A DNA stretch of 64,000 bases, taken from assembly GCA_000004985.1 (NCBI GenBank), contig GG738876.1. One strand, 5' to 3'. The stretch comes from Naegleria gruberi. Its lineage: Eukaryota. This document shows, piece by piece, positions 11,256 through 22,754 of this stretch; within the stretch, counting starts at the first letter, position 1, and each line of letters starts with the position of its first letter. Made by a program: the position numbers and the translations under genes. The notes under the pieces are model-generated. The model was not told the origin of the DNA. It did not search any database and saw only the letters and a program-made list of their open reading frames with translations.

Positions 11256-14200
11256 TTAACAAATGATGGATAGGCATGCCATTATCAAAAGCGCAACCAA
11301 AACCAGAGAAACATGTGCAATAGGAGAGGCATGTGAAAGAGATTGAGACGGATTGATAATATTACTAACTTCTAGTTCAATATTTTCACCAGTAACAACC
11401 AGAGCATAACTCTGTGGTCTGAAAATGTAACTTGCCGACACCTTAATGATAATTCCAACACTGCTTTCATCAATCCAAACTTGTTCAACATTATTTCTAA
11501 AATCACGTTCTCCTGCTGTTGATCCAACACCACTATTCTTTTCCTTGAGTTGTGAATTTCCGTAATATTGTTGAGTTCCAACTTGTACCAATAAATCCAA
11601 ATCATTGACAAGTTGGCTAGAGGAAGAAGGACTTCCTGGATAATCTGCCCACACCAATGTTATTTTCACATTTGAAATCTTATTCTTCTCATTCAAAGCT
11701 TTCAAATAATAATAGTGATAGGTTTTCACACTATCAATAACTGGATCTCCAAATTCGGTGGTAACATTTGTGCTTCCAACTTGAGTATTGAATCGATTAT
11801 CTGTATTATGAATGTGTTTCACTCTTCCAATTTGAAGAATTCTCTTACTTTCCTCAAATGCAAGCACTTTATCCAATTGAACTCTTCCAAATCCTTGATA
11901 GAAGCATCCAATTTCAGTACGTGGCAAAATTTTGAAAGAGGTCAGATAGTCATTACTCACTGTCTGTAAATCAGTTCCAGAATTAATGACTGAGGCCTTC
12001 AATAAGGCAGATGATGGAATAAAACCATCCTGTGCTTGTTTCTTCTTACTTGGATAATAGCCCTCTCTGTAATATTGACGAACGATAGCAACAAGACCAG
12101 CTGTTGTTGGTGTGGCCATACTGTTGTTTTGTACAATTGATTGATAAATTAATTGATAGATTAAATACTATTTTCAAAATATTAAACTAACCTTGTTCCA
12201 CGAGTTGCTCTGATGGCATCAACTGGCGATTTGTAAGTATCTGAACAAGTCAATCGAGGTGAATATTTTGTACTGCTGTATGATCTGGCACTCAAAACGT
12301 CAGCTCCAGGAGCATTCACGTCAGGTTTAATTCTCAAATCTGGTGTTGGTCCTCTACTGGAAAATGTTGCCATCGAATCAATTTGTAGACCTTTTGTATT
12401 GAGTGAATCAAAGACACACTTTCCACAAAACCTGTCTCCACTAGCACCAGCAGCACATCCACAATTTCCAGTTGCATAACTAATATTCGATCTGGCACAG
12501 AAACCATCCGTTGAACAAACATTGAAATCAGTCATGAAGAATGCACACTCCTCCACGGCAACACTACAATTGAGAGATGCCAAAATTTCCTTCCTAATAT
12601 CATCCAAAGCAGGTGGTTGTTTGAACATTAATTCGTGTTCTCTTCTGGCCTGGAATGAATTATGACTTGCTCCAACTGCCAATCCATTCTTTGTTTGAGC
12701 TTGAGCTCCAATTGACTTGAATCCATCATTTCCTGAATTTCCAGCTGAGAAGAGAACTATCAAATCCTTGTGTTGCCAAATATATCGATCAGTGTACATG
12801 GCATAGAGATTGTAAGAAGTTCCTCCTCCCCAACTATTGGTCTGAATTCTACTATTCATCATTTCATATGTGAATATGTGAACACTCTTGTGTGGCTCCA
12901 ATGGTTGATAGGTGGCACCTCTCCTCTGTGGACAAGTTGAGTTGGCATAACTCTTACAGGCACATCCTGGAATGGAATCACATGTGCATCCACCTGGTTT
13001 GGCACATCCCAATTGAACGAGTGCCAACTTGGCCTCTGAGGCAATTCCACGATAATCGTACAGTTCTGGAATTGAGGAATATCCAGCAACAGTTGCAGCA
13101 ACATGAGTTCCATGATCATAATCATTCGAATTGAGATCGATTAAACCAAAATGCATTTTGACTTTTCGATGATTGGACGAAAGATTAATATTTGACTCAT
13201 TCAGAGTTCTAATTTGCTCAACCTTCTCATTAGGATCATAAAAGAAACAAGATAATGTGTCAAACGTTCCATCCACAACAGTAATCACTTCATCTTTCCC
13301 AGTTAATCCATTAAAATATGATTTCCCCTGTTCTGGAACTGCATCCGATCCATAATTAATAATTCTCTTTGAATACTTGTTCATTTCATAATTGGCATGC
13401 ATTGGTTCAATCCAAATAACTGAAGATAACTTTCCAATTTCATAAGCAATAGCAAGAGCATGGTCTTTCCTCACAGTTATGGCAATACTCTCAGAATGTT
13501 CGACTAATTTGGAAATTATCAATTGACCATTGTTAATGGATTGAGTGAAATGTCTCAATTGTTCACTCACTGTTTCAATTTCTTGATTCATTTCAAGGAG
13601 AATGGTCATGGAAATGAATTGTATTGGAGTTTCTTGTTGGGATTTTGTAGATTCTGAACTTTCTTGGGATTGAGTTTCTAATAATTCTTGATCTTGAAAT
13701 TCGCCAATGTGAAACTTGAAAATTGGATCAATTTGACCTATCCATTCGATATTGTCATTAGAAAGTAAATCTTTAACATTCTCCAAGCTAGCTCTCATGG
13801 AAAATGTGTTCATTGCCAAATGCGAAACCTTTCCGCTTTCCAATAAACTTTCGTCCATTGAATTTCTCAGCAGAATTGGTTTCTCAACGTTTCTACATTT
13901 AAAAAGAATGTGGAAATTATAATCACCCAAACTGGAATGATCCACATTCCTTTCCTTGTTATTGTGAATGAACGGATTCGAATAGTGTAAATAATTTCTT
14001 CTAATTTCGTTGATATTTCTAATATTTTGCAAAGATGATAGAGTAAACATATTCTTTTGGTAAATATCATCCAAAGCCTTCATTCCCAATCTTTTCAAAT
14101 TTTCTTCTCCTCTCAAAATCCCTCCATTCATACGAAAGGTTTCGTCTAATGATTTTGTCAAGTAATTACTTTCGTCTAACTGCAACTGTAAACCATCAAC

Positions 14201-14290
14201 ATTCGATGCTGCAAGTGTTACACTCCACAACATGCACTGGAAGAATAGAATACACAAGAGACCAAATAATTCGAAAGGTTTGGAGGACAT
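11256..14290 (-). CDS. Secreted subtilisin-like serine protease (S8 family), complement(join(11256..12120,12192..14290))
   Basis: Signal peptide MSSKPFELFGLLCILFFQCMLWSVTLAAS. His motif DYDHGTHVAATVAG, Asn motif SAGNSGNDG. The Ser motif GTS|MATP is split by a 71-nt phase-2 intron (GTTAGT...ACAG) that joins the two track ORFs. There is a Cys-rich insert GCAKPGGCTCDSIPGCACKSYANSTCPQRRG. Confidence 0.8.
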
Positions 14291-14519
14291 TTTTTTTAAC
14301 TTCCGAAATGATGTTCTCCTTTGAATTGTTTCATTGATTTTTAGGAGATATTTGTTTGATTTAGTTGGGATAAAAGGATGTTTATTGGTCGATTTAGTAA
14401 TTGAATGGTTTATTGTATGTTGAAATTATTAGAAATGAAGAAGTTATTGACATGGGGTAAAATAGAGAACTTGTTGAATGTTTGTTTTTGTTTAACATTT
14501 TATATTCATAAAATGTGAA

Positions 14520-14590
14520 TCGGGTGTGGTATAGTGGTAGCATTCCAGACTGTCACTCTGGCGACCCGGGTTCAATTCCCGGCACTCGAG
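14520..14590 (+). tRNA. tRNA-Asp (anticodon GUC), intron-less
   Basis: Cloverleaf drawn by hand: acceptor TCGGGTG/CACTCGA, anticodon stem CCAGA/TCTGG with loop CTGTCAC, T-arm CCGGG-TTCAATT-CCCGG. Closely resembles eukaryotic tRNA-Asp-GTC. Confidence 0.85.
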
Positions 14591-14787
14591 ATCAAATTTT
14601 TACTTCATCACTGTATTTTACTTTTCAATATTGTCATAATATCAAGAAAAGCATCTAATCTACCTAATTCTGAAATTTCATATGATCATCTCTTAAAACC
14701 ATATAGAAAATAACCTCGTACTAAACTGACCTATTTTATTCAAAAATATCTTCTCTAATTGAACTTTGAATTTTCATTTTAAAAAAA

Positions 14788-15744
14788 ATGATTAAACCCA
14801 ATACCACATCGTCCCTCGATCATGAAAATAATCACAACTCCACTAGAAGTGTCATACAACAAGATGATTCGGAATCTAAACCAATCCAACTCTCAGAAAA
14901 TCTGCATTTCAATTATTTGTACCTATCGGACGATGTAATTGGTGAAATTCTATCTTTTCATGATGATTTTCAATTTGTAGTAATGAATTGTGCATTGGTT
15001 TCAAAACAGTGGTTGAAAGTCATTTCGGAACGATCAAAACTTTCATTGGAATGGAATAACTTGAAGAAATTGAAGGGAAGATTTTTACAGAATATCACAA
15101 CTTTCACAGTGAGGGCTATTGAAGGAATTGGATTGATTAGTGACATACTGAAACAATTGAAATTTCTGGATATTTCTACTAATGCTATTGGATATAAAGG
15201 AGCTAGATATATTGGCCAATTGGAACAATTAAATCATCTTGAAATTAGAAATTGTAATATTGGAGTGGAGGGAGATAAATATATTCGTCAATTGCAACAT
15301 TTGACTCATCTTGATATTGGATGCAATAACATTGGTGATGAAGGAGTCAAATATATTAGTCAATTGAAACCATTAACTAATCTAAATGTTTATTTAAATA
15401 ATATTGGTGTTGAAGGAGCGAAATATATTAGTGAGCTTAAACAATTAACTCATCTTGATATTGGGTGCAATGACATTGGTGGTGAAGGTGCCAAATATAT
15501 TGGTACACTTGAAAATGTAACTCATCTCAGTATGTCAGATAATAATATTGGTTGTGAAGGTGCAAAATATATTAGTGGAATGAAACATCTAAGTTTTCTC
15601 GATATTGCTACCAATCGTATTAGAGATGAGGGAGCGAAATATATTGGTGAAATGGAACAATTATCATTTCTGTTTATGAGATACAATATTATTAGTGATG
15701 AAGGAGCAAAATATTTAAGCGAAAGAGGATTCAATAATTGTTGA
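14788..15744 (+). CDS. Leucine-rich-repeat protein (ribonuclease-inhibitor-type LRRs), possible F-box-like N-terminus
   Basis: About 8 tandem 24-28-aa repeats of the form L(T/S)HLDIGCNNIGDEG(A/V)KYI(S/G)QL. 318 aa. Confidence 0.6.
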   Translation: MIKPNTTSSLDHENNHNSTRSVIQQDDSESKPIQLSENLHFNYLYLSDDVIGEILSFHDDFQFVVMNCALVSKQWLKVISERSKLSLEWNNLKKLKGRFLQNITTFTVRAIEGIGLISDILKQLKFLDISTNAIGYKGARYIGQLEQLNHLEIRNCNIGVEGDKYIRQLQHLTHLDIGCNNIGDEGVKYISQLKPLTNLNVYLNNIGVEGAKYISELKQLTHLDIGCNDIGGEGAKYIGTLENVTHLSMSDNNIGCEGAKYISGMKHLSFLDIATNRIRDEGAKYIGEMEQLSFLFMRYNIISDEGAKYLSERGFNNC

Positions 15745-15823
15745 TCTAGAGAAATGCAACACACTCTAGTTTCCAAAAATGTGTGTTTAATGTATATGTT
15801 CAAATGATATATTTCAAAAAATA

Positions 15824-16894
15824 TCATTCTCCAATAAATTTAAGACCAATATCAGATCTAATCTTATCCATAATTTTCAATGTGTTAATTGTTACATTAG
15901 ACGAAACTATTTCACTCTCGAGTTTACTTTCTAATAAACAATCAATGACATGTTCAATTTCGTATGCAAGTCCTTCAGAATTAGGGAAATTAAATTGTGA
16001 AAATTCAGTTTTTCCATAAAGTGGCTCTTCTAATTCAATAGTTTCGTGACCTTTCGAATAATTTGTCCAAGTCAACTTGGTAGGACAACAATGCATACCA
16101 CCTAAATGAATTTTACCTAAACTTCCATGAATAGTTGCACTACTATCCAAGAATGCATTAATACTTGTCGAAACCTTTCCAATTCTATTTCCAGAAAATT
16201 TAAATTGACATTCCACACTTTCGTCCACATTATTAACAAATGTTCCAATCGATTGAATAGTTTCTGGTGAGAAATCATTCATCACCATACAAACGAAAGA
16301 AATAGGATAAATTCCACAAGCCAACAATGCACCTCCTCCCAATGAATTTTCAATTAATCCACTATTCGAAACATGATTATTCTTAAAACCCAATTGAGCA
16401 TGAATCAAATGAACCTGTCCAATCTCTCCACTTTCGATCAATTGTTTAGCCTTCTTGAAAAGTGGAAAGAATGGCATCCAATTAGCTTCCATCAAGAATA
16501 ATTTTCTTTCTCTTGCCATTTCGAATAATTCACTAGCTTGTTTTTCATTCAAGGTAAAAGTCTTTTCGCATAGAACTGACTTTCCACTTTCCAAACACAA
16601 TTTAACATTTGAATAATGTTCGGAATTTGGTGTTGCAACATAGACAATGTCAATATTCGAATCTTGCAACATTTTTTCATACGAATCGAAACTCTTTCCA
16701 ATATCGTGTTCCTTTGCAAATTGATCAGATTTTGATGAATTTCTCGATGCTACTCCATAAATTCTACACTCCCGAATGGTTTCGTATTTTGTTGACTTAT
16801 TTTCATGATGAAATTTATGCATGGATTGAAAAGCAAGTGAAAAATCATGAGCTATACGCCCTGTTCCCATTATTCCAAACGAAACTCGTCTCAT
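15824..16894 (-). CDS. Gfo/Idh/MocA-family NAD(P)-dependent oxidoreductase (dihydrodiol dehydrogenase-like)
   Basis: N-terminal Rossmann FGIMGTGRIAHDF; NIDIVYVATPNSEHY; consensus EKP-like LCEKTF. 356 aa, intron-less. Confidence 0.8.
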   Translation of the reverse strand: MRRVSFGIMGTGRIAHDFSLAFQSMHKFHHENKSTKYETIRECRIYGVASRNSSKSDQFAKEHDIGKSFDSYEKMLQDSNIDIVYVATPNSEHYSNVKLCLESGKSVLCEKTFTLNEKQASELFEMARERKLFLMEANWMPFFPLFKKAKQLIESGEIGQVHLIHAQLGFKNNHVSNSGLIENSLGGGALLACGIYPISFVCMVMNDFSPETIQSIGTFVNNVDESVECQFKFSGNRIGKVSTSINAFLDSSATIHGSLGKIHLGGMHCCPTKLTWTNYSKGHETIELEEPLYGKTEFSQFNFPNSEGLAYEIEHVIDCLLESKLESEIVSSNVTINTLKIMDKIRSDIGLKFIGE

Positions 16895-18819
16895 CTCTTT
16901 AATTCACTCCACAGAAAATGTGCAATTCCAAATTGTTCCAATTTTTTTTTTCACTTTTGAAAAATCTTATTGTAAAAAATTTTTAAGAATCCCAATAGTG
17001 CGCCCTTCTCCAACCCTTATCATCCTGTGATGGAAGTTGTAAATGGATGCAGTTGATATCTTTGAGATGATGGATCAGAAAGAATCTTTCAGAGATATGC
17101 ATATGAACAATAGACACATCTATGTCAATAAGTATAATTGGTGAGAGATGTGCGTTCGATACTTACTGCAGTATCGTTTACCAAATCTTGCAGATTCTTA
17201 TTCCACCACCACCAAGGGAATAATTTCAGTTAGCATGCTTTGCCTCTCGAACAGCTGTAGATTTTTTTCATTGAATAGTTTTTTTATTGAATTTATCCTA
17301 TTTCTTGGGATCACTTTACAATAATATATTATCGAAAGCAAGAAATAATAAAAAGAGAAGTGGTATATGATTCTTACATTTTGAAAACATCCTGCCAATC
17401 TTGCTCAGTTATTTCAATTTGTGTCTTTAAAACTGTCAAACGACATAATTATAAAATGGCTCATTTCCATTTATGTGAAAAGTTTAACAAAAGAAATACC
17501 TCAATGATTCGTAAGGAGATTCTTGATGATTCTTTTTGATATCTAAGATTTGGAATGATCGTTTATCCTGAAGTAACACCTTCAATCAAACTAAACTCCC
17601 AAGATTACAATTTTTTTCATTATTCACCATTGGTTGACCATTGAAATGATTCTCAATGGGCAGTGCAACAATATTATTGAAAGTTCTAGATGCAATTTTG
17701 TAACACATTCGTATTTACTTCTTTCCAACATCATTAGTGTTCCATACCGAATGTTATGTTCACATACCAAATGGAATTGTTGTACCTCCCAAATCATATT
17801 CAATAATCATTGTCATCTTTAACATGTTATTTACATATTGTATATTCTCTCATAAGAATCCATTAGTTTAGTTTATCCTTGGTTGACTTGTTGAGATTCT
17901 GTTTCAATAACTGTTCAGAACTTTAAAGATTTTCAGATAACACTTGCTAAATCATCAAAAGACTTCCTTGTTGTGTGAATTTTCTCACCAAACGTGTGAA
18001 AACTATCCATTAAAACCAAATTTCTTTTATTTAGACCATCACCTGCCAAAAATCAATAACAATCCCATTCAGAAACCACTAACCGTTTTATTATTGAATT
18101 TTGACATTTTTTCATAAATGTCTAGTTTTTATAAAAGTATCCTACCACTTTTTAGTATCACTTCAACCATTTTCATATCGACACTTGAAAGGTTTTCCTA
18201 CGGAAAAGTGATGGACTTGCAATTTATTCTAATACCGAACAGCGCTTTGATCAAAAACCTCAAGAGCAACCTCGATTAACCAAGACTTTCTCCTCTTGCT
18301 TTTTGATTATATTTTCACAACAGTTGGTCGATGCAGAGATTTTGAGCGTTTAAAATGATCTTGGTGTTGAAACTCTGAGGGAACTAACACTTTGAAAAAA
18401 ACAACTTGATACCCAACCATTCAACGGTTTTAATATTTTGTGCCGGCAATAACACACAACACTCAGAAGAAGAAGCGTTATCTTATATATTGAAACATTA
18501 ATCTGTTGATCATATTATCAATAGTGATTTTGTGTGCGCTTTTATATTTGATTCATTATCATCAACAAGAAGACTGTTGTTGAAATTTTGCTACCTCATT
18601 AATCATTCCTTTTCCCTCTCCCGTAAATATTTATCTTTAAACGTTTGTGTTCTCTCTCCTTTCAAGAAGAAGCAAAAACCAGAAGAATAATAACAACAAC
18701 AATACCTTTCCCTATCTCCCATCAACACGTGTAAACAGCCCTTTCAATATTTCAGCACATAATATTGCTAAATAGACCTCCCTGCTAACATTACTTCCAT
18801 AATATACTACTCGAAAACA

Positions 18820-20439
18820 ATGTCCTCATCAATTGCCCTGAATAATTCTAATACCTCTACCACTACTACTACCAATCCTCCTTTTGATATTTCCAAGCTT
18901 GTTACTCAAGCAGTTTTGTTACCTTCCTCCTCATCGTCATCCTTCCATAACAACCTCCCTAAATCATCATCATCATCCCCCTGTGCATTGGATAATAATA
19001 CCAATGAACAACAACAACAACAACCATTGAGTGATGATTCGATCATTCTCGAAGAAACAACCACCACCGACGTTGATAATACAGTAATTGCCACCATAAC
19101 GACAAAAGCTGCTCTAGGCAGTGGTGCTTTGATGGTTGAAGGAGTTGCCCTTGTCGACGATGAAGATGACGAAGAATCAACACCTGCCACACCAGAAGCT
19201 AATGGAGAATCCCAGCAAGAATCTTCTCAACAAGAACACCAAGAATCTGGCCTTTTAAAAGCCAAGAAGAAGAAGAATTCATTGACTAATAGTGCAGCAG
19301 CTCTTGAAGATTTGGAAACTATTTCAACCATGACAACTGTCAAGACTACAAGTACAACAAAGAAGGTTGTCAAGAGACATTCATCGCTCTCTGCTCAAAC
19401 TATGAACCAAGCAATGGATCAATCAATGAATCAATCAGCTCAACAAGAAGAACAATACACCACTCTTAAATCATCCACTCCAACAAAGAAGCAGAACAAG
19501 GAAAAGAAAGCAAGTCCTATCAATAATCTCTTCAAATCCATCAAGGGTGTCATTAAATCTTTAAAGAAGAATAAGAATAACAAGAGCACTTCTAGCTCAA
19601 CGACTTCACATAATAATAGCAAGCAAGATGGTGATTTAATCCATCAATTCTGTANNNNNNNNNNNNNNNNNNNNNNNNNNNNNNNNNNNNNNNNNNNNNN
19701 NNNNAACAAGGTGAAGCACTCACTGGTTTCTCAACAAGACGAAGAAGTCAAGACAAATAAGAAGAGAGCTCACAAGCAAGCTCCACAAACTGCTCTTCTC
19801 CCACCTCAACGACCACACGTTCAAGGCAAGAAGACTCTTGTACTTGACCTTGATGAAACATTGGTTCACTCTGTCTTTGTACATACTGACCAAGCTGACT
19901 TTGTGATTCCAATTGAAATGGATGGTAGAACATACTCTTGTTATGTTCTCAAGAGACCTGGAGTTGACGAATACTTGAGAGAACTCGGTCAATACTATGA
20001 AATTATCATCTTTACTGCTTCTCTCTCCCTGTATGCCAACCCACTTCTTGACATTCTTGATAAGCATGGTGTCATTGAAGGTAGATTATTCCGTGAACAT
20101 TGTACAAAGGTTGGTGATACTTACATTAAGGATCTCTCAAGATTGGGTCGTGATTTAGATCAAACCATTATTGTAGATAATTCTCCAAGTTGCTATGCAA
20201 TGCAACCACAAAATGCTTTGGCTTGTACCACATGGTACGATGATCCAAACGATAGAGAGCTGGGTCTTCTTGCTGATTGTCTCAAACGACTTGAAAGAGA
20301 AAAGGCTGTCTATGATGGTCTCAAGTCATGGAAGGAATTAATTTCATCAGGTGTTAATGTTACCTCATGGAATGGCGGATCAGCAATGACAGTATCCTCG
20401 ACGTCTCACCATCATCAAGTAATAAAGAAAAGAATGTAA
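18820..20439 (+). CDS. CTD small phosphatase-like protein (FCP1-homology/NIF domain), interrupted by N-gap 19656-19704
   Basis: C-terminal catalytic domain KKTLVLDLDETLVHS (DxDxT motif) ... IIIFTASLSLYANPLLDILD ... IIVDNSP. Long Ser/Thr/Gln-rich N-terminal region. The gap sits in the low-complexity linker. Confidence 0.8.
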   Translation: MSSSIALNNSNTSTTTTTNPPFDISKLVTQAVLLPSSSSSSFHNNLPKSSSSSPCALDNNTNEQQQQQPLSDDSIILEETTTTDVDNTVIATITTKAALGSGALMVEGVALVDDEDDEESTPATPEANGESQQESSQQEHQESGLLKAKKKKNSLTNSAAALEDLETISTMTTVKTTSTTKKVVKRHSSLSAQTMNQAMDQSMNQSAQQEEQYTTLKSSTPTKKQNKEKKASPINNLFKSIKGVIKSLKKNKNNKSTSSSTTSHNNSKQDGDLIHQFCXXXXXXXXXXXXXXXXXNKVKHSLVSQQDEEVKTNKKRAHKQAPQTALLPPQRPHVQGKKTLVLDLDETLVHSVFVHTDQADFVIPIEMDGRTYSCYVLKRPGVDEYLRELGQYYEIIIFTASLSLYANPLLDILDKHGVIEGRLFREHCTKVGDTYIKDLSRLGRDLDQTIIVDNSPSCYAMQPQNALACTTWYDDPNDRELGLLADCLKRLEREKAVYDGLKSWKELISSGVNVTSWNGGSAMTVSSTSHHHQVIKKRM

Positions 20440-20698
20440 ATAACAAATCATTTTCACAACTATTATTGTTGAACTGTTAGCTAAAAGTGTAAAATATTTG
20501 TCAGTTTTCTTTACAAAGTTCATGAGTACCGGCAAATACCTTCGCATGAGCGAATTGCTTATTGTAAACGTTACAATTTTGTAATCAAGATGTCAATCAC
20601 TGTAGTTTATCTCTAAATAACTGTAAATGCATTGTATAATCTGTCTCACAGTGAATTTGCTAGATATTGTCATTCTTTATTCAATCTTTCTGGAGAGT

Positions 20699-20780
20699 GA
20701 TAACCAGAGTTTTGAATAAGTGTTTAAACAGCTAAATTTGTCAGCATCTTCAAGTTGTGCAAGAAATTCAAAACTCTGGT
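20699..20780. repeat. Hairpin-forming inverted repeat (about 18-bp arms, about 46-nt loop) in 3' flank of the CTD-phosphatase gene
   Basis: ATAACCAGAGTTTTGAAT (20699-20716) pairs with ATTCAAAACTCTGGTTAC (20763-20780), 17/18 complementary. Confidence 0.5.
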
Positions 20781-20991
20781 TACGATAGGTTTGGTAATAA
20801 AGCAGTGATAAAGCTCCACAATTTTTGAATAATAAGTTACTGCAATTTTTTAGAACCACTTATCATTAATGATTAACTTTTTAAATACAAAATATGAAGA
20901 GGCCTTATATTATAAACTAGACATTAGGGGGAAGATATTTATCTATAAATATAAGGTGCTGTCATTAAGGAAAAAGAATAGGAAGAAAAAT

Positions 20992-21072
20992 TGCAGAAGG
21001 TGGGATTTGAACCCACGAAGCTTGCGCAGTAGAACTTGAGTCTACCCCCTTTGACCACTCGGGAACCCCTGC
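20992..21072 (-). tRNA. tRNA-Leu (anticodon CAA), intron-less, long variable arm
   Basis: Minus-strand GCAGGGGTTCCCGAGTGGTCAAAGGGGGTAGACTCAAGTTCTACTGCGCAAGCTTCGTGGGTTCAAATCCCACCTTCTGCA. 3-bp D stem, anticodon loop CT-CAA-GT, 12-nt variable arm, T-arm GTGGG-TTCAAAT-CCCAC. Confidence 0.8.
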
Positions 21073-21219
21073 TTCACATTCATGATGAAAATTATCCTGA
21101 TTTGACATTACCCAAGACACTAAGGCACTAGGTTTGAAATGGTTGCCTTAATTTTCCAGTTCCTTGTATTAGTAGTTATTTTTATATTATTAGAGTTTTT
21201 ATTTACAATTTATTCATTG

Positions 21220-22521
21220 TTATTGATTGAATGCCTCAGAGAATGCTGCCCAATTAGGACTTTCTTCCAAGTCGAAAACAGCAAAAATAACTTGTTTGAG
21301 GCATGAGTTTTCATACTTTTTCAAACATTTTCTCCACAATTTGGCTTCTCTGAATGGATCATGTAAGAATGCTCCACATCCACTGGCACCTGTTACAAGT
21401 GTGTGAATATTCTGATCGGCACACGTCTTGAGAACTCCCTCAATATCTAGAATGAGTCGTTGTTCCAATTCCTTTTCATTTGTAATATTTCCATAACCAT
21501 ACCAGGAGTAAAAGTAATTTCTCTCCGAGTATGGAGTAAAGAAGGGAACAAATGGTCTGAAATCTGCAAATGCAGCAGCAATCATGTAGCAATCGACTGG
21601 CTCACTACCAGTCACGAATTTTGTCTTGGTAAAGTAATTGCCACCTGGAGGCAAATGAAGACCCTTCTTGTAAGAAACCCACCTTCCTCTCACAAAGCTC
21701 TTCATTCCAGTATCAATTAATTTTCCAACAGTTCCCAATAGAGCAGCACCATCACAATTGGTTGCAACTTCTTCCTCTTGAGATCCTCCATAATCAACAC
21801 AATATGTTCCACATACATTGTGTGCATTAGCAAAATTGACCCAGGCAACTTTCTTACTAGAATCATTTAATTCCTTTGAAACCAGCTCAACAACTTCTTG
21901 TGTTCCCATTCTCAGTGACCTGGTTTTTAGTAGGTTTGAATCTAAAAGCTCATCAATTAAAAGAGGAGCTTCAGGTTTCAATTCAGGACAAAACCAATCA
22001 TATAAAGTGAGAGAGCTCAAATGGTCAATTAATTGAGAACGTTTCTCCTCTACCTGTTCTTCACTCAAGTTCATAGTACCGTCCCAAGCTACATCTACTC
22101 TCGATCCAATAGCATATACTCTTCCTCTCAATAATCTTTTATCTGCATGACTTTTCGAATAGCTCAACTTTCGAACATTCTCTCTCGACATTCTATTCGT
22201 CACTCTCAAGCAAAAGTTTTGGAATTCCTCTCCATGTAAATCAAAACTTCTCGATCCAATTCTATGAAATGCTTCTCTGTACTTTTTGAGAATTTCCTCA
22301 ACAGATAATGAAGATTCACAAGGTTGAATATCATTTAACCAATTTAAACAAGTTTGATCTTCCACCAATTTTAAATATAATTTTTCATTAATTATTGTTT
22401 TGATCTTGTTGTTTTCCTGATCCGATTCTTGTTGATGAATTATTGTTTTAAATTGTTTCAAACCGGAAGGAAATTCAGCTGGATAATCATTACGAAGTTT
22501 TGGCAATGTCGAGTTGATCAT
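21220..22521 (-). CDS. Bacterial-type poly(ADP-ribose) glycohydrolase-like macrodomain protein (DUF2263-like)
   Basis: VAWVNFANAHNVCG...GGSQEEE matches the PARG signature (NFASA..GGG..QEE). The later LVTGASGCGAFLHDP matches the second conserved block (GAWGCGVFGNDP). 433 aa. Confidence 0.55.
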   Translation of the reverse strand: MINSTLPKLRNDYPAEFPSGLKQFKTIIHQQESDQENNKIKTIINEKLYLKLVEDQTCLNWLNDIQPCESSLSVEEILKKYREAFHRIGSRSFDLHGEEFQNFCLRVTNRMSRENVRKLSYSKSHADKRLLRGRVYAIGSRVDVAWDGTMNLSEEQVEEKRSQLIDHLSSLTLYDWFCPELKPEAPLLIDELLDSNLLKTRSLRMGTQEVVELVSKELNDSSKKVAWVNFANAHNVCGTYCVDYGGSQEEEVATNCDGAALLGTVGKLIDTGMKSFVRGRWVSYKKGLHLPPGGNYFTKTKFVTGSEPVDCYMIAAAFADFRPFVPFFTPYSERNYFYSWYGYGNITNEKELEQRLILDIEGVLKTCADQNIHTLVTGASGCGAFLHDPFREAKLWRKCLKKYENSCLKQVIFAVFDLEESPNWAAFSEAFNQ

Positions 22522-22754
22522 TTTTTTCTATTATTATTAATATTATGAATAAACCACCATTTTCTTATCAGTTCCATGAAGAAGTATTTTCAGAAGAGTT
22601 ATTTCCCAATGTGCTGAGAATTGATGATATCATCAAAAAGATGACGTCATTTTGCCGCCATTTTTTTCACGGGTGGCCGACGCATATTCAAAATGGCCTG
22701 AAATCGTCACTGGGAAAACATGGGCCAAGTTGACTTCCAACGATATATATAATA

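Noticed and set aside
19656-19704. N-run inside the CTD-phosphatase gene and N-run 23903-23952 at the TIR edge
   Set aside because: Assembly gaps, not biological features. They were noted only because they coincide with low-complexity or repeat sequence.
20690-20790. Box C/D snoRNA interpretation of the hairpin
   Set aside because: No convincing C box (RUGAUGA) or D box (CUGA) at the expected positions flanking the terminal stem.
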